The translations under genes and the position numbers were made by a program. From the IMG/VR virus record IMGVR_UViG_2599185107_000001, positions 1 through 64,000 of that record: a stretch of DNA of 64,000 bases; one strand, 5' to 3'. A model generated the notes under the pieces. It did no database searches and was not told where the DNA came from. It worked only from the letters and a program-made list of their open reading frames with translations. Within the stretch, counting starts at the first letter, position 1; the number at the start of each line of letters is the position of its first letter. Source of the DNA: an uncultured virus (IMG/VR IMGVR_UViG_2599185107_000001). Lineage: Duplodnaviria; Heunggongvirae; Uroviricota; Caudoviricetes. Below are positions 38,817-45,861 of this stretch, in pieces.

Positions 38817-38943
38817 AGGTTTCTGTTTCTTCGGGGAGGTAGCCGGCTTCGATCAGACGGGCTTCGGTGGAGGCGAAAGCCGCTCCGTACAGCTCACTTT
38901 CCAGTGCTGCCTGTTCAAGCAGCTGTTCGATTTCGCGTGTCAT
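38794..38943 (-). CDS. Small acidic protein (49 aa)
   Basis: Hand translation MTREIEQLL...PEESE; ATGA-coupled. Confidence 0.5.
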   Translation of the reverse strand: MTREIEQLLEQAALESELYGAAFASTEARLIEAGYLPEETETYDPEESE

Positions 38944-39230
38944 GGGAGCTTCTTCGCCAGTTCTTCCTGGGCGTACTTGCGGACGGCCGACAGGGTGTTG
39001 AGTTCACGGAAGCGGCAGTCCGCTTCCATGCGTTCGGTGAGTTCAAGAAGGGAGAGCGGGTCGTACCCGCATTCCTCGGCGGTGAATCGGAAAGCGCAGG
39101 CCAGTCCGATGAGCTGGTCTGCGGGGTGCTCGATCAACTGCACGCCGTTGAGGGCTGCGAAGGCGCCGCGGGAGGCCGCGTGTGCGCTTCGGGAGTGCAG
39201 TACGTGCGAGCGGAGACGCGGCTCGATCAC
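38940..39230 (-). CDS. Hypothetical protein
   Basis: MIEPRLRS...KKLP; GTGA-coupled. Confidence 0.65.
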   Translation of the reverse strand: MIEPRLRSHVLHSRSAHAASRGAFAALNGVQLIEHPADQLIGLACAFRFTAEECGYDPLSLLELTERMEADCRFRELNTLSAVRKYAQEELAKKLP

Positions 39231-39361
39231 TCGGACCGGCCCATCTCGTTGCGAAACTCCTCGACCGTTCCGTGGGTGGACGGGCTGTAGATCGCCAGGA
39301 CTTGGCCGTAGGCATCCAGTGCGACGTAGGTGCCGAGAGTTGCGTTGAAGTTGATGCTCAT
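39227..39361 (-). CDS. First class II gene, hypothetical (44 aa)
   Basis: MSINFNATLG... with AGGA RBS. Confidence 0.55.
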   Translation of the reverse strand: MSINFNATLGTYVALDAYGQVLAIYSPSTHGTVEEFRNEMGRSE

Positions 39362-39365
39362 TGGG

Positions 39366-39399
39366 TTTCCTGTGTTGGGATGAATCCCAAATATGGGAT
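39366..39399. promoter_or_regulatory. Tandem operator-like palindromes
   Basis: TTTCCT-GTGT-TGGGAT and perfect ATCCCA-AATA-TGGGAT, 18 bp apart. Confidence 0.72.
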
Positions 39400-40140
39400 G
39401 TATCAGGCAAAGAAATAGCTGCTCTCAAGCACTGCGGAGAGGTCCAGGTCACCGAAGGGGGGAATCTCTGGAAGGTCAGCGGCGACCTCCACGGGTAGCT
39501 GTTCGGCCAGTTCGGTTCTGAAGTTGCCCAGTACGTCGCCCTCGTATTGCTCAATAAAGGCGTGACGCAGCGCGGCGGCGAGGGTGCCGGTGTTGCCGGC
39601 ATGGGTTCCGTAGGAGTCGTGGATCATCGCGAAGCTGGTGATCCCGTTGTCCGACGCGAGACAGGTGGTCAGCATCAGGTGGCTCGCATCGCAGGAGTGA
39701 ACGAAGTTGGGGGAGATCCCTAGACCCTGGCGACGGCGGTCAAGTTTGCTCCCGTCCATAGCCACGATTAATTCGACGCGCTTGCCGCCGATGTGGGTTG
39801 TGACGCGCTTGCCGAGGTCCTCCCTGTACTCCTGCAGGACCGGGAAGCCTGCCGGCGTGGTCCACGCGATAGGGAGGTCGGAGGCCGATGCGACCTTCGA
39901 TGCTTCCTTCAGCCAGTCCATCGCTTGGCGCGCGGCCACCACGACTTCGCCAATGCAGTCCCAAAGAATGTCGCCGAGGTAAGCGGCCTGCTCGTTGGAG
40001 GGCGAGAGTCCCTCCTTTTTGGCGTTGGCCTGCACCTGGCCGCGCATACCGGACTTGGTGACGCCGTAAGGAAGCGTCATGACTGGCTGTTTGACGATGC
40101 CACGTGTCAACAGGTGATACGCCCAGGGTTCCGTAGACAC

Positions 40141-40995
40141 TCAAGACCCTCGTTGCGCGTAGCGCCGTTCAAACTCTACAGGGGACAGGTCGCCAGTTGA
40201 ACCATGACGGCGTTGTGGGTTGTAGAACATCTCGATGTAGTCGAACACCTCGGCGCGTGCGGCGTCCTTGGTGGGGTAGATCCGCCGCCTGATCCGCTCG
40301 CGTTTGAGCAGACCAAAGAAGCTCTCCACCGGTGCGTTGTCATGGCAGTTGCCACGCCGACTCATGCTGCACACCAAGCCATGGGACGCCAGGAAACTGC
40401 GCCAGTCATCGCTGGTGTAGACAGACCCCTGGTCCGAATGAACCAGGCAACCAGCGCTGGGTTTGCGCCGCCACACCGCCGACAGCAAGGCCTGCACGAC
40501 CAACTCGGTATCGGCTCGATCGCGCATCGCCCAGCCGACGACCTGCCTGGAAAACAGATCGATCACCACAGCCAGGTACATCCAGCCTTCATGCGTACGG
40601 ATGAAGGTGAAGTCGCTCGCCCAGGCCGTGTCCGGCTCGGTCACGTCGAACTGTCGATCCAGCAGGTTGGCTGCCGCCTTGCACGGCGTTCCGCCATGGA
40701 AGCGCGGCTTGCGGCCATAGCCCACCTGGGCACGCAGTCCCTCGGTGCGCATCAATCGATGCACCCGATGGCGACTGCAACGCTCACCCAGATCGCGTAG
40801 ATCCTTGGCAATCTTGCGATGCCCATAGACACTGCCGCTGGCCAACCAGTGGTGCTTGATCAGCCCCAGCAGGCGTTCGTCTTCCTTGGCGCGTTCACTG
40901 TCGGGCGACTTTAGCCACGCGTAGTATCCAGCCCGGTTCACCCGCAAAACCCGGCACATCGCGCACACCCTGAATTCTTCGCGGTGGACTTGCAT
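40141..40995 (-). CDS. IS3 transposase OrfB (DDE)
   Basis: WASDFT, HSDQGS, DNAPVESFF. Confidence 0.95.
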   Translation of the reverse strand: MQVHREEFRVCAMCRVLRVNRAGYYAWLKSPDSERAKEDERLLGLIKHHWLASGSVYGHRKIAKDLRDLGERCSRHRVHRLMRTEGLRAQVGYGRKPRFHGGTPCKAAANLLDRQFDVTEPDTAWASDFTFIRTHEGWMYLAVVIDLFSRQVVGWAMRDRADTELVVQALLSAVWRRKPSAGCLVHSDQGSVYTSDDWRSFLASHGLVCSMSRRGNCHDNAPVESFFGLLKRERIRRRIYPTKDAARAEVFDYIEMFYNPQRRHGSTGDLSPVEFERRYAQRGS

Positions 40996-41012
40996 GAAGA
41001 GGTACTTTGCCT

Positions 41013-41285
41013 TTACCCCTTGGCAAAGTACGCGGCGGCCTTTTTTAGGATGTCGCGCTCCTCCGTCACCCGGCGCAACTCGATCTTCAGCCGCCGGACT
41101 TCGGCGCTCTGGTCCGCCTCAGCGCGCTGTACTACGCCGGGCTTGCCGAACTTGCGCAGCCAAGCGTACAGGCTGTGCGTGGTGACACCCAGTCGCTCGG
41201 CGACCTCTGCCACCTTGAACCCACGATCGGTCACTTGCCGGACCGCCTCGATCTTGAACTCATCCGTATACCGCTTACTGCTCAT
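41013..41285 (-). CDS. IS3 transposase OrfA
   Basis: HTH plus leucine zipper; A6G slippery site near its 3' end. Confidence 0.93.
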   Translation of the reverse strand: MSSKRYTDEFKIEAVRQVTDRGFKVAEVAERLGVTTHSLYAWLRKFGKPGVVQRAEADQSAEVRRLKIELRRVTEERDILKKAAAYFAKG

Positions 41286-43165
41286 GGACACCTCCGAATC
41301 AGCCATTTTCCATGGCCTTGAGATGTCTAGGAAATCCTGGGCGTATCANCCGGACCGCCTCGATCTTGAACTCATCCGTATACCGCTTACTGCTCATGGA
41401 CACCTCCGAATCAGCCATTTTCCATGGCCTTGAGATGTCTAGGAAATCCTGGGCGTATCAAGGCCATCCCAGAACAAGGCGCAAGCGTTCCCTGCCTCGG
41501 CTTCTGCCCTGACACGCGCCGCAGCCACGTCCATCACTGCCGTGTAGATGTCGGCCGGCTTGTCCTGCGGTAGAAGGTTCGTCGCAGAGCCGCCGATGGA
41601 GTCTCGGAGCATCGCCGAGAAGTTCTGCAAGCCGTTGCACGAGCCGTCGAGGGCGACCGGCAGGTGCGACACGTGCTCGTTGCCGTTAATGGAGTAGCCG
41701 AGCCACTCAAAGCAGGCGGCGAGGGCGCAGAACGGCGAGTCGGCTTTGGACCAAGCGCGCTGGCCGTCCAGCGGGTTGAGGGCCGAGTCTAGAATCATCT
41801 CCTCGTTCGCCTTGACCCACGCGAGGCGTTCCGAGAAGGCGACCTTATCGACGCCGAAGCAGTTTGCGACGTGGATAGCCAGCCAGAACGCGCCGTCCTC
41901 GCCAAGCGGTACGCCTTCGGCAAGTGTCAACAGTGCTTTTGCCTGGTCGTCGCCTTGCGGAGTCAGGATCGATGGGATCGGGTAGACCCGTCCGCGGAAG
42001 TCCAAGTTGTGCGGAAAGTAGATCGCCTCCTCTTCTTTGAACTTCACCGCCAGAGCGATTTTCTGCGCTGCCGACAATCGGCGGGAGGTGCCGCGGGCGT
42101 TCTCTTCGTAGACCTCTGCGCGGGCGCGCTTCCACGCCTTGAACTCCTCCGCATGGTGCTCCTTGTAGAACTCGGGGTCGCTAACCAGCAGTGCCGGCTG
42201 CTCCGGCAATTCCACTAGGTCGCGGTCAGGCAGGTCAGCGAAGCCGCCGCCCATTGCCCAAGCGTCCTGCATAACTTCCAGGACTGGTTTGTTGATCTTC
42301 CACGGAGTGGACTGGATGAGGTTGACCGCCCGGTAGACATTGGGCATGTCTGCCTGCTCCAGCTCGCGCTTGTAGGCACGGTTGCGCGTGCGCACGAGGT
42401 CCGCTCTTCCGCCGATGTCGGTGAGATAGCCACCGTCGCGAGGCGTCGTCCAGTCCTTGGGCGGGACGAGCATGGGCAACCACACTGGCAGGAACATCGA
42501 GGCGCTCTCGTGGGCCTTGGCGAGCCACTCGCGGATCGCGGCGGTGCCCTGAAGGATCGCGACGGTTTGGTTCTTGCGGGGTCTGGTCAGGATGATTTCG
42601 ACCAGGCCAGATGCCTCAATGAAGAGGTCGATCAGCTTCATGCCGACCAGAGCCTCTTCGTCCGGCGTGAACACGAACATTTCGGTCTCGGTCTTGGCGA
42701 GGGCGTGGTTCATCACTCCGGTCGAGTGATGCGCAGAGGTGGATTTCTTCAGCTGTTGTTGGATTACCCGGTAGAGGCCCGCGTGGTTGTCCCGCAGCTT
42801 TTTGTAGTTCACGTCCTGGGCGAGGGCAGCGCCTACAGAGCGCGCTACTGCTGTCAGCTTGGCCTGCTCGCCAGCCAGGGCATTCACGCACACCACCGCG
42901 GTCAGGTAAGCGCAACCCTCGGGGTCGAGATGCTCCAGCCACTTCACCGCCGTGTGTCTACGGCCGCCACCTCCTTGCTTAGCCTTCTCGACAAACTCAC
43001 GGATGGCTTGGCCGGTGGCCGCGACCGCTTGCATGACCAGCTTCTTGCCGGGGCCGGTGTCAGCCTCGTCGGAATTGGCGCGGGCCTTCTCGTAACGGGC
43101 AATGCCGAGCGAAGTCGATTCGGATTCCAGCTGGAGCTGGCGTTCGTGGAGCGTTTGGGCGGTAG

Positions 43166-43199
43166 ATTGCATATTAGGAATGCGTCCCGAATTTGAGAT
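43166..43199. promoter_or_regulatory. Degenerate tandem operator pair over the RNAP start codon
   Basis: ATTGCA-TATT-AGGAAT and GTCCCG-AATT-TGAGAT, 18 bp apart. Confidence 0.55.
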
Positions 43200-43208
43200 G
43201 GAATGGGC

Positions 43209-43244
43209 AAACGAAAAACGCCCCCGCCCGAAGGCGGAGGTGTT
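43209..43244 (-). terminator. Intrinsic terminator in the RNAP leader
   Basis: AACACCTCCGCC-TTCG-GGCGGGGGCGTT followed by TTTCGTTT. Confidence 0.78.
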
Positions 43245-43350
43245 GGCGGAGCTGCTGAAACCGGCACGGCCGGAGGGTGGTACTCGAAGAGCCCCTTCAG
43301 TGGAACTGAAAGAGAGCTTTAAGTGACACCCTTGTGGTTCGAACTATCTT

Positions 43351-43366
43351 ATCCCATATCTGGGAT
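43351..43366. promoter_or_regulatory. Perfect operator-like palindrome
   Basis: ATCCCA-TATC-TGGGAT. Confidence 0.72.
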
Positions 43367-43424
43367 CGTATCTGCCGCACTTAGAGCTGGAGGTCTTTTG
43401 CCTCCCTCTGAAAGTTCGTTTGGT

Positions 43425-43442
43425 CTATAGCCCCGACTAATT
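43425..43442 (-). promoter_or_regulatory. Phage-RNAP promoter AATTAGTCGGGGCTATAG (+1 at 43425), upstream of the RNAP gene
   Basis: AT-rich -17..-13, TATA at -4..-1 and G at +1, as in T7/SP6 promoters; second copy at 29359. Confidence 0.78.
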
Positions 43443-43446
43443 GGTC

Positions 43447-43498
43447 GCGTCACCTGTGACGCCACGGATGTCACCTTTACGTCACCCGCGGCGTCACA
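43447..43498. repeat. GTCAC repeats, putative integrase arm-type sites
   Basis: Four direct and one inverted GTCAC about 40-90 bp from the att core. Confidence 0.5.
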
Positions 43499-43535
43499 AA
43501 CGAACGAAAACGTTGTATGCTTAGGGGCTGGGGCA

Positions 43536-43583
43536 GGATTGTGATTCCAGATGTCGGGGGTTCGAGTCCCCTCAGCCACCCCA
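43536..43583 (+). repeat. att core: 3' half of tRNA-His(GTG)
   Basis: GGATTGTGATTCCAG...GGTTCGAGTCCC...CCACCCCA; D-arm and 5' acceptor strand absent. Confidence 0.9.
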
Positions 43584-43632
43584 CTGATGACGAGAAATTG
43601 CAGGTATGTTTGACCCGATGTGTCACAGGGTG

Positions 43633-43661
43633 TTGCAACAAAGCAAAAATGCACATACAAT
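43633..43661 (+). promoter_or_regulatory. Sigma70 promoter of tRNA-Lys
   Basis: TTGCAA-17-TACAAT. Confidence 0.7.
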
Positions 43662-43676
43662 GTGCGACCAGTTTCA

Positions 43677-43752
43677 GGGCCGTTAGCTCAGTTGGTAGAG
43701 CAGTTGACTCTTAATCAATAGGTCCAAGGTTCGAATCCTTGACGGCCCACCA
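43677..43752 (+). tRNA. tRNA-Lys(CTT)
   Basis: 76-nt cloverleaf; anticodon loop CTCTTAA; encoded CCA. Confidence 0.97.
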
Positions 43753-43755
43753 ATT

Positions 43756-43792
43756 AAAACAGCCACTTAGCGCAAGCCAAGTGGCTGTTTTT
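43756..43792 (+). terminator. Terminator after tRNA-Lys
   Basis: AAAACAGCCACTT...AAGTGGCTGTTTTT. Confidence 0.8.
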
Positions 43793-43797
43793 CTATG

Positions 43798-43824
43798 TGC
43801 CGGGAAAATTGCCGGGAAAATTGC
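43798..43824. repeat. Tandem TGCCGGGAAAAT, putative integrase arm sites
   Basis: Two 12-bp direct copies next to att. Confidence 0.55.
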
Positions 43825-44442
43825 ATGCCGATCATCGTTCAGATACCGAAAACTGGCGTCGAGTGGACGGCGTTGTCAGTGGCCTTTGCCATCTTCGTTT
43901 TCCTCTGGAACGTCGCCGCCCAAAGGCGCGCACGGCGCGCAGCTGGACGTGTGCTCGCTGCTGTTGTCGAGCTCGAGCTTCAAATCGTCAGTCGGGTTGC
44001 AGAGAGTGTTAGCGACTATGTGGCGACAAAGTCCTATGTATCTAGCGGATCAATTTTAGGTCCCCGTAACGACGCATTCTTGGAGGGAAGGCGTGATGCG
44101 CTCGACCTGCCAATGATGCGCAGAGACGCCTCACAACTCTCGCAGCTTCCTCATCAGCTGACGCAAGCGCTCGCAGACTGCTTAAGCCACATGACCAGCC
44201 TCAAGTCAGCCATCGATGTGATGGTGCTCTCAGACGGATCGTTGGGCTTCGATTCAGGCAATCGACCTTCTCCCGCCGTAACTGCTAAGCAGATGCTGAA
44301 GGCATGTGCTGACCTACACGATTCAGCTCGACTGGCAAAAGAGTGGGCAACGGCGGTACGCACCGGCGAGGCTGGAACAATCAGGGATCACCTGAACCGG
44401 CTCGATCAATGGTGGTGGGAAAATCGCCCAAGTTGGCTTTAG
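43825..44442 (+). CDS. Moron with N-terminal TM helix
   Basis: WTALSVAFAIFVFLW; lies between att and integrase, convergent with int. Confidence 0.7.
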   Translation: MPIIVQIPKTGVEWTALSVAFAIFVFLWNVAAQRRARRAAGRVLAAVVELELQIVSRVAESVSDYVATKSYVSSGSILGPRNDAFLEGRRDALDLPMMRRDASQLSQLPHQLTQALADCLSHMTSLKSAIDVMVLSDGSLGFDSGNRPSPAVTAKQMLKACADLHDSARLAKEWATAVRTGEAGTIRDHLNRLDQWWWENRPSWL

Positions 44443-44458
44443 GGCGATTGCCTACGAG

Positions 44459-45640
44459 CTACCTGCGTCTGGGGGGCTGAACCACTGGTACGTCATGTGT
44501 GTACCTGTTGGTCATCTGCTGCGTCGCATGACCGGCGGCCTCCTGCTTGTCGGCGCGGGTACCGGCGGTGTCGGTGATTCCCCGATGCTTCAGTCCATGC
44601 AAGCTGAATCGCAGTTCAGCTGTGATGACCCCATCCTTGATGGCGAGCGCGATCATTCGTTGCCAAGCACTGTCGAGCGCTGACTTGCTCAAGGGGGTGC
44701 CCGATTGATTCACCAGAAGCCGGCGCTGTCCCGGTTTCATATGCAGAGGGCGCCCATGGGCGTTCATCGTTCGTTGCCGATAGGCCGCCAACCAGGCCCA
44801 GGCGTGGCGCAGGTCATCGTTCCAGGCAGTAACCGTGTCACGAGAGCCTTTGCGCCGGCTGCTCCGTATGCCCTCAGCCTCCGCGTGCGCATCAGTTAGG
44901 TCTGTGACCTCAACACCGCGCAGGCGCACGTTGTAGGCGAGCAACATCACCGCGTGGAGATAGGGCGGCACACTGCCGCGTGTATGCGCCTTGAGGCTGC
45001 CGCGTTCGAGCGCAAAGGCCAGCACGGTGGCGAATACATCAGATTCGGGCATGTTGTGCTCACCGCGCTCCTTCGCCTGGCGGACCCCCTTGGCAGGATT
45101 GTGCTCGCATAGGCCCATACGAATGCCCCAGCCGAAGGTGCGACGCAGGTAGCGCAAGACATGGTTGGCTTTGCTCGGGCGCGGTTCGATTGCGGGCTGC
45201 AGTTTGGTTGCTGGCCGACCTCCCGCGAGTGTTTCGACCAAGCGCTGCATCGCCGGCACGTTGATGCGCGCAATCTGCATCTTGCCGAGCAGCGAGCCAT
45301 CCTTGAGCACATACGCAGTCGCTGTCTCGGCGCACCAGCGGTAATCCCGCTGTGTGTCCCTCGACAGCTCTGCAAATTCAGTGGACGCCTCGAAGCGTTC
45401 CGCGAGGTAAGCCAATGTGCCCCTGACCTCATTGCCCGCTGCGGCTTCAGCAATGCTGTGGAGCTCAGAAAGCCGGATATCAGCATGGGCGACCGTCCGC
45501 TTTCGCGGACGGCCTCCTTCTGGATGAGCTTCTAAGAGATACCAGCGGTTGTCTTCCCAATAGATACCCTTGGGAAGGGCTGCTTGGTCAATATGCGCTG
45601 GAATAGCCGGGTTGAACTTCCGTTTTCTACCGCGTCCCAT
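44459..45640 (-). CDS. int: Tyrosine integrase
   Basis: R (RLRGVE), HGLKH, GH and Y (TNRY) catalytic pattern. Confidence 0.92.
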   Translation of the reverse strand: MGRGRKRKFNPAIPAHIDQAALPKGIYWEDNRWYLLEAHPEGGRPRKRTVAHADIRLSELHSIAEAAAGNEVRGTLAYLAERFEASTEFAELSRDTQRDYRWCAETATAYVLKDGSLLGKMQIARINVPAMQRLVETLAGGRPATKLQPAIEPRPSKANHVLRYLRRTFGWGIRMGLCEHNPAKGVRQAKERGEHNMPESDVFATVLAFALERGSLKAHTRGSVPPYLHAVMLLAYNVRLRGVEVTDLTDAHAEAEGIRSSRRKGSRDTVTAWNDDLRHAWAWLAAYRQRTMNAHGRPLHMKPGQRRLLVNQSGTPLSKSALDSAWQRMIALAIKDGVITAELRFSLHGLKHRGITDTAGTRADKQEAAGHATQQMTNRYTHDVPVVQPPRRR

Positions 45641-45861
45641 CAGATCAGCTCCATTGTGTTTGTCGTTTCTCCCTGGGCGGTATGCAGGCCAAGCGCGGCG
45701 TTAAGCGCGTCCACGGTTGTCCAAATGCCGCCGCGACCGTCGTATCTGTAGCGAATGCCCTGATCGCGTGCCCATCGCATGACTGTCGATGCACGGGGAG
45801 CAGGGCCGGCCGGCGCGCAGAGGCGACGCAGATCCTCGAACGTGATCACCGGACTGCTCAC
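45640..45861 (-). CDS. Probable excisionase
   Basis: Small HTH-like ORF coupled to int. Confidence 0.6.
   Translation of the reverse strand: MSSPVITFEDLRRLCAPAGPAPRASTVMRWARDQGIRYRYDGRGGIWTTVDALNAALGLHTAQGETTNTMELI

Larger units (their letters stand above)
40115..41460 (-). mobile_element. IS3-family element (ISXac3-like); true length about 1234 bp, with one end duplicated across the N at 41349
   Basis: Terminal IRs TGATACGCCCAGG; AGG target duplication (40112-40114 and 41461-41463). Confidence 0.93.
39403..43172 (-). pseudogene. T7-like single-subunit RNA polymerase interrupted by an IS (806 aa when rejoined)
   Basis: DFRGRVY, DGSCNGLQ, RGIVKQPVMTLPYG, IHDSYGTH; removing the IS restores FWDG-LLTRG in frame. 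Confidence 0.95.
1..43583 (-). mobile_element. Integrated T7-like (Autographiviridae) prophage, circularly permuted, probably defective; left end outside window
   Basis: T7-order genes: RNAP, SSB, primase-helicase, PolA, exonuclease, portal, scaffold, capsid, tail tubes, internal proteins, terminases. Bounded on the right by a tRNA-His 3' fragment. Confidence 0.95.

Noticed and set aside
25502..39290. Long plus-strand ORFs (e.g. 25502-26464, 38037-39290)
   Set aside because: These are antisense shadows of high-GC phage genes, with no motifs or RBS.
41238..41460. 111-bp direct repeat of the IS end
   Set aside because: The copies flank an N (41349), so this is a contig-overlap artefact rather than a tandem IS.
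43510..43583. Intact tRNA-His
   Set aside because: The 5' half is missing and the anticodon stem is mismatched; it is an att remnant.
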